Assembly: GCA_951406725.2 (NCBI GenBank)
Contig: OX597838.1
Coordinates: 34,534,001 to 34,598,000 of the forward strand
From: Octopus vulgaris
Taxonomy: Eukaryota
Reading direction: 5' to 3'
Length of the DNA stretch: 64,000 nucleotides
Of this stretch, positions 37,217 to 51,127 are shown piece by piece. The position numbers and the translations under genes are program-made. Every line of letters begins with the position of its first letter. Position 1 is the stretch's first letter. Under the pieces are notes generated by a model. The model saw nothing but the letters and a program-made list of their open reading frames with translations. It searched no databases and was not told the origin of the DNA.

Positions 37217-39064
37217 GTAAGTGGTTTTTGTTATAAAAAAAGTTTTATCGGCACAGGCGTGGCTGTGTGGTAAGAGGTTTGTTTCCCAACCATATGGTTC
37301 TGGGTTCAGTCCCACTACAAAGAATCTTGGGCAAGTGTCTTCTACTATAGCCTTGGGCTGAACAAAGTCTTGTGAGTAGATTTGGTAGACAGAAACTGAA
37401 AGAAGACCCTTGTGTGTGTATATGTTTGTGTCTGCTTTTACCCTCAAAATAGCTTGACAACTGATGTGTTTACCTCCCCGTAACTTAGGAGTTTGGCAAA
37501 AGAGACCAATAGTGTAAAGTACTGGGCTTAAAGAATAAGTCCTGGGGTTGATTGCTTCGACTAAAAAACCCTTTAAAGCCATGCTCCAGCATGGCCACAG
37601 TCAAATGACTGAAGCAAATAAAAGAATAACTCTTTAGCATTCAGATTATTTTGTCAAACACATTCCTTATTTTTCCAGATTGGTTTGCATTAATCCTGCA
37701 TTATTTCATAGCTTTGAGATTTCAATGATGTTGTTGTATATCATTATGATGACATTGCATGGTAAGTGTGAGAGGCCGAATCTGGTCAGTTTGAACATAA
37801 AACATAGAATATTTGGGTCGGATGGGGCCAGTTTAAAAGCCAAAGGGTCGATTCTTTTTGTAGCTTTGTTAGGCGACATTAACGACTTTATGGCAACTTT
37901 CAGATTGGTTGGGAATAAGGAAGGTGTTAGGGACCTGATCTGATGTATTGCAACAGCGTAGACTTGGCTAAAGACCCCCAACAACCAGATGGTCAGTCAA
38001 ATTGGATGTGGCTGTGTGCTTAGAAGTTTGCTTTCCAACCACATGGTTCCAGGTTCAATCCTACATTGTGGTATCTCAGGCAAGTGTCTTGGACCAACCA
38101 AAACCTTGCAAATAAATTTGGTTGGCCAAATCTGAAAGAAGCCTGTCGTGTGTGTGTGTCCTTTCCTGAACATCACATGGTAGTTCTAAATGAATGTTAC
38201 CATAATATATATTTCTTTACTACCCACATGGGGCTAAACACAGAGGGGATAAACAAGGACAGACAAAAAAAATAATGTTAGTCATCGTCCCTGGGTGGGT
38301 ATGAAGCACCAACCTTTCGGTTAACAGCTCAACGCGCTAACTGATTGCGCCATAGAGACCGACTGTTACCATAATATAAGTGGTGTCCTTCATTTCAAAT
38401 CTTTTGTGCAAATATCTCTGGTCATGGGGAAATGTTACTTTACTTGGAAACAGGTAAGGGTTGGTAACAGGTAGGAGATCCAGCTGTAGAAAATCTGCTT
38501 CAACGAAAATTTCATCCAACCCATGATGGCATGGAAGAGAGGAAACTCTGATATCCGCTGTATCTTTTAAATTTTCTACTACTACACCATGTACACACAT
38601 GCACACCTTTTAATTTGGATGTTAGCTTAGGTAGATGAGAATTGCAAGCCTAGATTTCACTTTTCTTAATATCACCTTATATAATTATAAAGCAGTTGGA
38701 ATAAACTTTGCTGAGAGAGAAGCAGGTTTAACCCTTTCAATACCAACCCGGCTGAAACTGGCTCTGAGGACAAATGTCTTGTTTTCATAAGTTTTGAATT
38801 AAAATCTTTCACCAAACCTTAGTCACAATTTATGTTCCTAACATTAGGTGAATGATAGCTAAGTTATTTTACAAAATTCTTTGTTATATTTAAAATTAAT
38901 TGAAAGAAACACAGAGCATCTCAAAATAAATACAGTAACGAAAGGGTTAAACTACTTTCTGCTAGGTTATGATTCCAAATAACTTAATCATTTGGCTACC
39001 ATCATGGGCACCATTGATCACTAAATCTGATTTATTTTTAAATATACTTGTCTCTGGTAAAAGT

Positions 39065-39345
39065 ATGTGGCCTAGTGATTAAGGTGTAGCTCTTGAAATC
39101 GCAAGATCATGGTTTCAATTTCCAAACTGGCAGTACATTGTGTTTTTGAGCAAAGCATTTCATTTCACATTGCTCCAGTCCACTTGGCTGTAAATGGGTT
39201 ACCCTGCAACTGATTGTTATCCCATTCAGGGGTAGCGTTGGCCTACCTGCCTAGCCATTGGGGTGGCATCATTCGAAAGCTCCAACAATGTGAAGAAGCA
39301 CATTGTAACCAGCAGTGTGTAACCACATCTCATAATCTGTTTGAT
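39065..39345 (+). mobile_element. tRNA-derived SINE family D
   Basis: GTGGCCTAGTG..TAAGGTG head and TTGAGCAAAGCATTTCATTTCAC core; related copies at 45730-46010, 29436-29548 (-), 39350-39597 (-). Confidence 0.7.
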
Positions 39346-40371
39346 ATTTATCTATAAAGGTAAAAGGTAGTTAGCTTCTTGAGTCCTGCTGATTCATAAG
39401 GGCCAGTTTCCATGGCATATATAATCCCCACTTGGAGGGGCCACTGGTCCATTGTACGATTACTCATTTTTGCCAGCTGAGTGGACTGGGGCAATGTAAA
39501 ATGAAGTGTTTTGCTCAAGAACACAACACGTCTCCTGCTCCAGGAATCAAAGCCACAACATGAGTCCAACACCCTAACCACTAAGCCACACGCCCCCGTA
39601 ATATTTATCTATGACCTTGTACCAATGTTAGAAAGTTGTCAGAAATGGTTGAGCACTTGAGTTAGTGTTTTACAATAGCCATTGGTCAGTGTTGCTCCAC
39701 TGGGCTTACAATTTAAAGATGTTGCAGGAATGACCATCCCATCTTGATTTCAAATCTAATGTACAGAAGACTATATTGTTCAATGCATTCTTCCTTTTTT
39801 AAAATAAGGTGAAAATTCTGGGTGATTTGATTACTATCTCTAAAGAGCTGAGTGATCATGTAAGGCTGCTGCCCCTATTGGCTTTTGATGTTGTTTATGT
39901 TATTGTTGATATTACTCAACAGAGCGTGACATCTTTATTATCTGGTCTTCATTTTCTGACCAGACATGTCCACCACTCTCTTTCAATTCCGCTAACAGCA
40001 TTTCGACCACTAAACCCTTAAAAGAAAAACCTATGTCGTACAATGGCATTTCTATTCCTCTACCAATTTCAAGACCTTTTGTTTTGTCTGCTATTTCTAA
40101 TATTACCGAGATGAGTAAGGTAGCAAGCTGGCAGAATTGTTAGCATGCCAAACAAAATGCTTAAGAGCAGTTCATCTGTTCTGAGTTCAGATTTCACTAA
40201 GGTCAGCTTTGCCTTTCATCCTTTCAAGTTTGATGAAATAAGTACCAGCTAAGTATTGTGGGTCAATGTGGTAGATTTTCTTATGGTAGAGAAATAGTGA
40301 GTTTTGGCTGCTATTTCTAAATTTCAGTATGTAGTGAAGCAAATTTCTTTGCTGAACCCGAATTATTATAA

Positions 40372-40411
<40 letters not shown>

Positions 40412-40691
40412 TTGTGTGTATATATTTATATGTGTATGTGTGTGTATGACGAGCTTCTTTCAGTTTCCCTCTACCAAATCCACTCACAAGGCATTGGTCA
40501 GCTTGGGGCTACAGTAGAAGACACTTGCCCAAGGCGCTGTGCAGTGGGACACTAAATCCAGAACCATGTAGTTGGGGGAAGCAAACTTCTTACCATATAG
40601 CCATGCCTGCTCAGTAGATATTTTATTTTGTTACTCAATGGCTTAATAGATATTTTCACCATTTTGAATATAGTTATTAGGTGGTATAATG

Positions 40692-41385
40692 GAATTCCGC
40701 CGAGGTCGACTTTGCCTTTCATCCTTTCGAGGTTGATAAATTAAGTACCAGTTACGCACTGGGGTCGATGTAATCGACTTAATACCTATGTCTGTCCTTG
40801 TTTGTCCCCTTGTGTTTAGCCCCTTGTGGGTAGTAAAGAAATAGGTATTTCATCTGTCACTACGTTCTGAGTTCAAATTGCACTGAGGCTGACTTTGCCT
40901 TTCATCCTTTCGGGGTTGATTAAATAAGTACCAGTTACGCACTGGGGTCGATGCAACCGACTTAATACCTATGTCTGGTCCTTGTTTGTCCCCTTGTGTT
41001 TAACCCCTTGTGGGTAGTAAAGAAATAGGTATTTCATCTGTCACTACGTTCTGAGTTCAAATTGCACTGAGGCTGACTTTGCCTTTCATCCTTTTGGGGT
41101 TGATTAAATAAGTACCAGTTATGCACTGGGGTCGATGCAATCGACTTAATACCTATGTCTGGTCCTTGTTTGTCCCCTTGTGGGTAGTAAAGAAATAGGT
41201 ATTTCATCTGTCACTACGTTCTGAGTTCAAATTGCACTGAGGCTGACTTTGCCTTTCATACTTTCGGGGTCGATTAAATAAGTACCAGTTATGCACTGGG
41301 GTCGATGCAGTCGACTTAATACCTATGTCTGTCCTTGTTTGTCCCCTCTGTGTTTAGCCCCTTGTGGGTAGTAAAGAAAAAGGTA
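40692..41385 (+). repeat. Tandem array (~4 units) of SINE family B body
   Basis: ~180-bp units ending GTGGGTAGTAAAGAAATAGGTA. Confidence 0.92.
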
Positions 41386-41482
41386 TAATCTCTTCCTTAT
41401 GGAAGGAAGTGTGATGTTGTGAGCACACAGTCTTTGGTTTCTGTCTTTAACATTTTTGCCTCTTCTATTTGTGTTTACACAG

Positions 41483-41613
41483 AAATTGAGTGATTTAGAT
41501 CATGAGACCAATGGCATTCACAATCCCGATTACGACCATGAAGCAATCTTGGGAAAAGACGATGCCAAAGATTTTGACCAACTTTCACCAGAACAAAGCA
41601 AAGAGAAATTAGG
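41483..41613 (+). CDS. CALU: Calumenin-like coding exon 2
   Basis: [44 protein letters not shown] matches the CREC YDHEAFLG..FDQL.PEESK.RLG motif; AG/GT boundaries; 131 nt, phase 0 to 2. Confidence 0.95.
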
Positions 41614-41711
41614 GTAAGCTGATATTTTCAATTTGTTCAACTTCGTTACTGTCTTTGATCGTCGACAAATGTGTTTTTTTTCTCTCTTGTGGTGAATGCA
41701 ACTCTTTGTCA

Positions 41712-42230
41712 CTGTTGCCGCTGCCACCACCACCACCATGATCTTCATCATCACCATCATCATTGCTGCCACCATCACCACCACCACCACCACCACCACC
41801 ACCATCATCACTGCCACCATCATCACTGCCACCACCACCATCACCACTGTCACCACCACCACCATCACCACTGCCAACACCATCAAAACCGCCACCACCA
41901 CCATCATCACTGCCACCACCATCATCACTGCCACCACCACCATCACTGCCACCATCACCACCATCATCACCGCCACCACTGCCAACACCATCATCACCGC
42001 CACCACCACCATCATCACTGCCACCACCATCATCACTGCCACCACCACCATCACTGCCACCACCACCACCACCATCACTGCCACCACCACCACCACCACC
42101 ATCATCACCGCCACCACCACCATCATCACTGCCACCATCACCACCACCATCATCACTGCCACCACCACCATCATATTTACCACCACCTTCTTCATCATCA
42201 TCATTACCATCATTTTCATCTTCATCATTA
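41712..42230. repeat. Intronic (CAC/CAT)n trinucleotide-based minisatellite
   Basis: CATCACTGCCACCACCAC-type units. Confidence 0.95.
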
Positions 42231-43599
42231 TTATTTAACCCTTTTGATACCAGTCCACCTGAGACCACTCTTGGTTGTATGATACAAATTGTAAACTGAT
42301 CTAAATGGAAAACTTCCAACAAAATTCCATGTTGGTTTATGTTCCAAATAGCAGCTAAAATAGTGATCAAGTTATTCCACTAAATTCTTCATTATTTTCA
42401 AAATTAATTGAAACAGAGATGGTGCATTTCTGCAGAAATGTTAATGAAAGGGACAACATCCATTTTTTAATTCTGGCATGGATTGGATGGATTGACAAGG
42501 TCTGGCGAATCCCAGAGCCGTGTCAAGTTCCAATGTCGGTGTTGGTATGGTTTCGGTGGCTGGATGCCCCTTCTAACACCAACCAGTCAATTCAGTGTGT
42601 TCTCAGTGATTTTTTTTTTTCATGCCACTGGCACTGGTGAGGTCACCAAACACTTTCAAGATGAGAAAATGGAAAACAGGAAAAGCTCCATGAACTAAGT
42701 TGAGGAAATATTTGAGAGAGGGCACAGTGGTTCTGTGCCAGGTTTTGAGAGGCTCCAGTATGATAGAGGGACAAGTGCAGGTGATTTGCTACAGAAGGGA
42801 TACATGCAGTGATGGATCAGTCCTGAGCATTGCAAGTTGTCTGTCCTCTCTCGGTTCTTTGTCATTTATTCTTTAACCCTTTAGTGTTCAGATTATTCTA
42901 TCAAGCATAATGCTTATTGATTCCCATTGATTTGAATTAATCATGCATTATTTCATATCTTCAAGATCTTGATGGTGTAATTACTTAATGTAGAATAACA
43001 TTGTAGGGTAGGTGTGAGAGCCTGGATCTGGTCAGTTTGAATATAAAACAGATTAACTATTTTGGCCAGATATGGCCGGTTTAAATACTAAAGGGTTAAA
43101 ACTCAGCACCTTGAGATCAGCCATCACCACTTCATCCCATGTGTTCCTGGGTCTCCCTCTTCCACAAGGTCCGACTAGCAGTTATTCATGCAACTGTCAT
43201 CCATGCACATCACGTGACCAAACCAGTGTTGTCCTCTCTCTTGCACACTACATCCTGATTCCTCTTACGTCCAGTTATTTTTCTCTCAATACATTAGCAC
43301 TTTGTCACGCATGCACACATGCAGCATATTGCTGTGTTCATCATCTGCTACTGATTCCCTGCTACTCCTGGCAGTTTTGCTCCACTCAGGCAACAACCCT
43401 CCAACCCGTAGGTCTGTTTTGGGTTGTCATTGCTGGTGAGGTTTTTACAAAGTTGAAGTGCAAATCTTACCTTAACATCTTTTAATCAACTTTTATGACA
43501 TGCTGAGGAAACATTAAGCCTATTCTTTGACGTAGCAGTCCCCACACAGCACAGCAAATTCATTGCATTTTTTTTATATTGTTCCTTTTGTTCATTTAG

Positions 43600-43796
43600 A
43601 AAAATTGTTGACAAAATGGATAAAGATCGCGATGGTTATGTTACCGAAGAGGAACTGAAAAATTGGATTAAATATGTCCAGGATAAATACATCGTCAATG
43701 ATTCAAATGAACGCTGGAAAGACTATGAATTTCTGGACACTGATAAACTGGACTGGGAAACATTTAAAAAGAAAACCTATGGATTCACAGAAGAAG
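43600..43796 (+). CDS. CALU: Calumenin-like coding exon 3 (EF-hands 1-2)
   Basis: KIVDKMDKDRDGYVTEEELKNWIKYVQ...LDWETFKKKTYGFTEE; 197 nt, phase 2 to 1. Confidence 0.96.
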
Positions 43797-44120
43797 GTAT
43801 TTACATTGCTCTGTCGTTTTACAGTCTTCCACCATTCTACTAGTTTCAGTCTTTTACCTATTACTTGGTTCCAGTCATTGGACTCTGCTCTGGCAGAGGT
43901 ACTGATAATGTCTAGGGCAGTGGTTTTCAACCATTTTTTGTCTGTGGATCCTTGTGGATTTTTTACCAATGGTCCCCTTCTCATTTTACTTGGATGAACC
44001 CTCCCAGTCATTCAGGTTCTGGGTTCAGTCCCACTGCATGGCACCTCAGGCAACTGGTTTCTTTCTAAGCTTTGTGAATGGATTTGGTAGACAGAAACTG
44101 CAAGAAGCCCATTGTGTGTG

Positions 44121-44161
<41 letters not shown>

Positions 44162-44470
44162 GTAAATACACACACACATTTATGTGTGTCCGTGTGTCTG
44201 TTTGTCCCCCCCCCTCCTCCCATCACTTGACAACTGATGTTGGTGTGTTTACTTCCTTGTAACTTAGTAGTTCAGCAAAGGAGACTGATAAGTACCAGGC
44301 TTAGAAACAATAAGTCTTGGGGTCGATTTGTTTGGCTAAAACCCTTCAAGGCAGTGCTCCAGCATGGCTGCAGTTCAATGACTGAAACAAGAAGGAAAGG
44401 ATAGGGTGCAAGGCACGGCTGTTTTTGCTTTTGTGTTCACCGGTTAATTAAGTCCTTTTTCTACATTCAG

Positions 44471-44637
44471 ATATTAAACCAACCGACGAGAAAGCTGTCT
44501 ACAAAGAAATGATCACTCGTGACAAGAGGCGGTGGGCCTACGCTGACTTGGATAAAGACAACCACTTAACTAAAACTGAATTCATGCACTTCCTCCATCC
44601 AGAAGAAGCTGACCACATGAGAGACATCGTTGTTTTG
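44471..44637 (+). CDS. CALU: Calumenin-like coding exon 4 (EF-hand 3)
   Basis: YKEMITRDKRRWAYADLDKDNHLTKTEFMHFLHPEEADHMRDIVVL; 167 nt, phase 1 to 0. Confidence 0.96.
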
Positions 44638-47600
44638 GTAAGACACTTTGATAGTATGGCAAATGTGGTTTAGGGCGTGTCGGCGAGCTGGCACAAACGT
44701 TAGCATGCCGGGTGAAATGCTTAGCGGTATTTCGTCTGCGTTACGTTGTGAGTTCAAAATCCGCCGAGGTCGACTTTGCCTTTCATCCTTTCGGGGTCGA
44801 TAAATTAAGTACCAGTTACGCACTGGGGTCGATGTAATCGACTTAATACCTATGTCTGTCCTTGTTTAGCCCCTTGTGGGTAATAAAGAAATAGGTTTAG
44901 GGTGTGTCTATCTGGGAGAGGTTGGTCACAAGAGAAATATTGTTTTAGTTGTATGCCAGCGCTGCCTTGGCTGGCTTCTGTGCCGGTGGCACTTTAAAAG
45001 CACCAGCTGATCATGGCCGATGCTGGACTCCCCTGGCACCTGTGCAGGTGGCACGTAAAAAGCACCCACTACACTCGCGGAGTGGTTGGCGTTAGGAAGG
45101 GCATCCAGCTGTAGAAACTCTGCCAGATTCAGACTGGAGCCTGGTGCAGCCCCTGGCTTCCCAGAAGCCCGGTCGAACCGTCCAACCCGTGCTAGCGCGG
45201 AAAATGGACGTTAAACGATGATGATGATATAAATTCCACCATGGATCTATAGAGTATTGACTTCTCACTGGAAAACATACCTACGCCAAGAGGTCTTTGT
45301 TTTTTGTGATTTTGTAATTGGCTGATGATGTGCTGTGATCATTGAATGCCCATGGGATTTTGCACCTAGGAAGTTCCCCTCCGAGGCACAAATCTGGGCA
45401 ACGGTGTTTGTGGAAGACCAGCAGTGGCCCATGCATACCAGCCTCCCCTCTCCATGCCACCAATGTTATTCAGGAGAAAGGCAAAGGCCAATACAGCTGG
45501 GCACCAGTGGAGTGAACTGGAGCAACGTGAAATGAAGTGACTTGCTCAAGAACACAACACACAACCCGATCAAGGATTTGAACTCATAACCTCATGACTG
45601 TGAGTCTGACGCTCTAACCACTGAGCAATGCTCCTCCACTTTAATATACTTGGAAGTATATTATGGTTGCTAAAGGAAATATGGTGTCCCTACCAGCAAT
45701 TAATATAATTATATATATATATATTGTAAAGGTACGTGGTTCAGTGGTTAGGGTGTTGCAGTCACAATCACAAGGTCATGGTTTCAATTCCCACCCAGGT
45801 CAGTAGTGCATTGTGCTGCTTGAGCAAAACACTTCATTTTGCGTTGCTCCAGTCCCCTCAGCTGTAAATGGGTAACACTGCAATGAACTGACCTTCTGTT
45901 CAGGTGGAATGTTGGCCTTAACCAGCAGAGTATCTTCTGAAAACTACAACAGTGCAAGGAAGTGTATTGTGACTAGCAGTGTATAACAACATCCAATTGC
46001 CTGGTTGATACAGTAATATATATATATATATTGCTAACCGTCACCATAAGGTTAGGATATCGTCTTTCTAACTATGTGGTTGCGAGTTCGATCCCGTTGT
46101 GCAACACCTTAGGTAAGTGTCTTCTGAGTTGATCAGTATCTTGTGACTGGAATTTGGTGACGGGAAATTGTTCTGAAGCCTGTTATATATTTGTTTGATT
46201 ATGTTTGTGGTGTAGTTACCAGTGTATCTTATACTGTCAAATAGATTGCTTGTTTATTCACATTATTTGACTTCATCATCATTTAATGTCCGCTTTCCAT
46301 GCTGGCATGGGTTGGACGATTTGACTGAGGACTGGCGAACCAGATGGCTTGCACCAGGCTCCAATCTGATCTGGCAGAGTTTCTACAGCTGGATGCCCTT
46401 AATGCCAACCATTCCGAGAGTGTAGTGGGTGCTTTTATGTGCCACCAGCATGAGGGCCAGTCAGGCGGTATTGGCAACGGCCACGCTCAAATGGTGTTTT
46501 TTACGTGCCACCTGCACAGGAGCCAGTCCAGCGGCACTGGCAACAACCTCGCTCGAATGTTTTTTTATGTGCCACCGGCACAAGTGCCAGTAGGGTGACG
46601 CTGAACTTAATCATGCATCTTCAAGTTTTCGATTCTGTGATTGTTAATTTTTAGAATGTCATTGTGATTTTTAGGATGACAGATGTGATAAGTTGGACCT
46701 GGTCATGCATGGCTGGTTTAACCCTTTAGCATTCAGATTATTCTGCCAAATGAAATGCTTATTTGTGCACATTGTTTTGAATTAATCATGCATCATCTCA
46801 TAGCTTCATGATCTCAGCGATACGCGTGTTTTTAGAATGACATTGTAGGGAGATGTGATATGTTAGGTCTGGCCAGGTGTGGCTGGTTGAACAATTTAGT
46901 GTTGAGATTACTCGCCAGTGCTGCAGGTGGCACATAAAAAGTATCATTTGGGCGTGGCCGTTGCCAGTTCCACCAAACTAGCCCTCGTGCCTGGGGCACG
47001 TAAAAGCACCCACTACATTCTCGGAGTGGTTGGCATTAGAAAGGGCATCCAGCTGTAGAAACTCTGCCAGATCAAATTGAAATTTGGTTCACCAGACTTC
47101 AGTCAAATCGTCCATGCTTGTGTGTCCTCTGCATTCTTACGTGTGCTTTACTAGGTGTGTTATCATCACAGTCATTTAGCGTCTGCTTTCCATACTGGTA
47201 TGGGTTGGATGGTTTGACTGAGAGATTGCTAAACTGGAGAGCTGCACCAAGTTCCAGTCTGATTTGGCATGGTTTCTATCGCTGGATGCCCTTAACTAAC
47301 ACCTACCACTTCAAGAACGTAATGAGTGCTCTTATGTGCCAGTTGCGTGACACCGGCATTGGCTACAACTACAATTTTACTTGGTTTGACAAGGTTTCTC
47401 AAGCACATCATCATCATCATCATCATCATTTAGCGTCCGCTTTCCATGCTAGCATGGGTTGGACGGTTCGACCGGGGTCTGGGAAGTCAGGAGGCTGCAC
47501 CAGACTCCAGTCTGATCTGGCAGTGTTTCTACGGCTGGATGCCCTTCCTAACGCCAACCACTCCGTGAGTGTAGTGAGTGCTTTTTACGTGCCACTTGCA

Positions 47601-47868
47601 CAAGTGCCAGACGAGGCTGGCAAACGGCCACGATCGGATAGTGCTCCGTTGAAAGCACCATCTGATCGTGATGTATTGCTAACAGTCTCGGTCACTTATC
47701 ATCACCTCCATGAGGTCTGATGATTGGAGGGTGATTTTTTTACGTGCCAGTTACACAAAACTGGCATCAGCCATGACTATGATTTCACTTTCATGTAATT
47801 GGGAATTTTCATAAATCTGACCGTCTATGATGTAGTACTTTATTTAATAATCTTTTACTAAATTCCAG

Positions 47869-47929
47869 GAAACCCTCGAAGACATCGACAAAGATAAAGA
47901 TGGAAAAGTCAGTCTTGAAGAATACATAA
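47869..47929 (+). CDS. CALU: Calumenin-like coding exon 5 (EF-hand 4)
   Basis: ETLEDIDKDKDGKVSLEEYI; ccAG|...|GTAAGT; 61 nt, phase 0 to 1. Confidence 0.96.
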
Positions 47930-47980
47930 GTAAGTTTCTTTATTATTGAATTATTATTGAATTTTGAAATGATTAATATA

Positions 47981-49386
47981 CAGGGTTGGTCAAAAGTCAC
48001 CCAACAGTAAATCAAAATTCCATAAATAGGCAAAGGAGTGACTGTGTGGTAAGTAGCTTGCTTACCAACCACATGGTTCTGGGTTCAGTCCCACTGCATG
48101 GCACCTTGGGCAAGTATCTTCTACTATAGCCTCAGGTTGACCAAAGCCTTGTGAGTGGATTTGGTAGATGGAAGCTGAAAGAAGCCCGTCATATATATGT
48201 ATATATATATAATGTTTGTGTGTCTGTGTTTGTCCCCCCAACATCACTTGACAACCGATGCTGGTGTGTTTACGTCCCCGTAACTTAGTGGTTCGGCAAA
48301 AGAGACCGATAGAATAAGTACTAGGCTTACAAAGAATAAGTCTTGGGATTGATTTGCTCGACTAAAGGCGGTGCTCCAGCTGGCCACAGTCAAATGGCTG
48401 AAACAAGTAAAAGAGAGTAAGAGTAAATACGTAACATGTAATGAAACTCTCACTGGCGGTAACTGTTTCGAAACGCTGAATGAGTGTCTTTCTGCAGTTT
48501 GTGTGACTGGCCAGAATTTAATACTTTGCTGTTTGTGCAAGGTGGTGTGCGTCCCCATTATGCCAAAAAGGTACATGATCTGTGAGACACTTTGCCTGCA
48601 GGTTGGATTGGACATAGAGAGCCTATTGAATGGGATCCACATTCGTGTAACCTCACACCAATGGATTTTAGTATTTGGGGAATGATGAAAGATCAAGTTT
48701 TTAATAGAAAACCAAGGACTCTAGCTGAGTTGCAAGTTGCCATAGCAACTGAATTTGAACTAATTAATGCAAAATAAGGTACTTTGTCATACTATACTCT
48801 TTACTCTTTTACTTGTTTCAGTCATTTGACTGCGGCCATGCTGGAGCACCGCCTTTAATCGAGCAACTTGACCCCGGGACTTATTCTTTTGTAAGCCCAG
48901 TACTTATTCTATCGGTCTCTTTTGCTGAACCGCTAAGTAACGGGGACATAAACACACCAGCATCAGTTGTCAAGCAATGCTAGGGGGACAAACACACACA
49001 CACAAACACACACACGCATATATATATATACATATATACGACAGGCTTCCTTCAGTTTCCATTTACCAAATCCACTCACAAGGCTTTGGTCGGCCCGAGG
49101 CTATAGTAGAAGACACTTGCCCAAGATGCCACGCAGTGGGACTAAACCCGGAACCATGTGGTTGGTAAACAAGCTACTTACCACACAGCCACTCCTGCAC
49201 CTATCTGTAATTCTGTTTTGACTCGAATGGAAAAACGTGTCGCTCAAGAAGGACTTCAGTTTGAACAATTTTTCATGATGTTTCATATTTAGACGCTTGT
49301 ATTAAATTCATTCAGTTGTCAAACACAAATAAATCTAGGAATTAAATGGTTTTGATTTACTGTCAGGTGACTTTTGGCCAACCCTA
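47981..49386 (+). mobile_element. Deleted Tc1/mariner (maT/rosa-like) transposon with two nested SINEs
   Basis: TA-flanked TIRs CAGGGTTGGTCAAAAGTCACC..ACAGTAAATCAAAA / TTTTGATTTACTGT..GGTGACTTTTGGCCAACCCT; transposase relic WIG...EWDPHSCNLTPMDFSIWG (WPPRSPDLTPLDF-like) at 48592-48777. Confidence 0.9.
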
Positions 49387-50541
49387 TATGTAAAGAAATC
49401 TTTTATTGTTGAATAAGCTTATTGTAAAGTTCTGTTGTAGCTGCTAACGGCCACTCAAGCCCATTCTGTACTCTTATCATTGTATTGAGTAATCTAATTT
49501 CTAATTTCTGATCATAACTTTGGTCCACTCCTACCACTGTAGAAAATAATATAGTTTCCAGGAATTATTTTGGTCTAAACTGCTGTAATTATATCTTTAA
49601 TCCATGCTGTACTTCTTTGCTCGTGTATACAGCTGAGTAGCAGTGATAAAATTCGAGCCTACATGGCTTTGACACCTTTGTGACTTGAAAACAAAGATTT
49701 CATGAAGGTTGTAGTTTTGCCGAAACAACCTTGAGTCCTACCTTCTCAATTATTGACTCTTTGAGCATTGTGCTTTAGAGAAAGATGAATTATTGGTCAA
49801 TAACCCAAGCTGTTTTTTTTTTATAAATTGCTTGTACTTCTTAAAGACAACAGGTTATAGAAAACTGCATGAACTTTGCTGTTGCGTTAAGTCATGCATT
49901 TGCAAGGCCCAAGATGTTATGAAATTTAATATTGTAACAATTGTTAAAAAACAGGGAACAGTTTTTACATTCTGAGTTCAAATTCTGCCAAAGGCAACTT
50001 TGACTCTCATCCTTTTGAGGTCAATAAAATTAACACCTGGGGGGTCAATGTAATTCTACGAAATTGCTGGCCTTGTGCCAAAATTTGAAATCAATATTGT
50101 AACAGTAGTTTCGCATTTATTGGAGCCTAAGATGTGAAATTTAATAGTGTGATGGTAGTTTTACGTCTGTGAGGACCCAAGATGTTATGAAATGTTAACA
50201 AAAAGACTCTTTCGTTTGTTTTCTTTTTAAACAAATTATTCCTTCAGCTAATTCATTTGTTTTGTACATATTTTGAACAGTTTGAGACAAACAAATATTT
50301 AATGCTGTATTTACAACGTTCTGTATAGTTTATAAAATTCCACTTTGTCACTTGTGCATGCAATTCCAGCAGGTTTTCTAACTCACTAAACTTACCAATA
50401 TTCCAACAGACAAAACTGAATATTCTGGAATTTGTTTTTCTTTTCGAAATGTCTTGCCAAGGTTTGGTCATGCTTAGCAAGTTAAGTGATAGTTACTACC
50501 ATTTGTATTGAACTATTTCCTAGTATTAATATTTACAGGGT

Positions 50542-50845
50542 GAAGGCACATGGCCTAGTGGTTAGATCAACGAGATCGCGATCGAGGGATCGCAGGTTCG
50601 AATCTGAGACCAGGCGACGTGTGTGTTTATGAGCGAAACACCTAAGCTCCCCGTGGCTCCGGCAGAAGGTAATGGCGACGAACTTCCGCTGACTCTTTCG
50701 CCACAAATCTCATTCTTTCCTCCTGCATCTTGCAGCTCACCTGTGATGCACCGGCGCCCCGTCCAGGTGGGGAACCTATGTGCCAAGGAAACTGGGGAAC
50801 TGGCCCTTATGAGCCAGGCGTAGCTTGAGAAGGAACAAACAATAT
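50542..50845 (+). mobile_element. tRNA-derived SINE family E; related copy at ~60996-61375 (-)
   Basis: TGGCCTAGTGG A box, GGTTCGAATC B box, shared GAGCGAAA.CACCTAA..GCTCC.CG.GGCTCCGGCAG. Confidence 0.75.
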
Positions 50846-51074
50846 TTACAGGAATGTGAGAGCAAAATGTCAAACGTATTGCTGTGTTCAACAGCTAAAC
50901 ACGGTACTAAACACAGGCGCAGGAGTGGCCGTGTAGTAAGTAGCTTGCTAACCAACCACATGGTTCCAGGTTCAGTCCCACTGCGTGGCATCTTGGGCAA
51001 GTGTCTTCTGCTATAGCCGGGCCAACCAATGCCTTGTGAGTGGATTTGGTAGACAGAAACTGAAAGAAGCCTGT

Positions 51075-51127
<53 letters not shown>

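Noticed and set aside
41530-42370. Long Gly/Asp-, His-, Thr-, Pro- and Val-rich ORFs in five frames
   Set aside because: They arise from a stop-free CAC/CAT repeat inside a calumenin intron; there is no splice or start context.
50542-50615. Possible tRNA gene (A and B boxes)
   Set aside because: No cloverleaf closure; it continues into a SINE body shared with ~61.0-61.4 kb.
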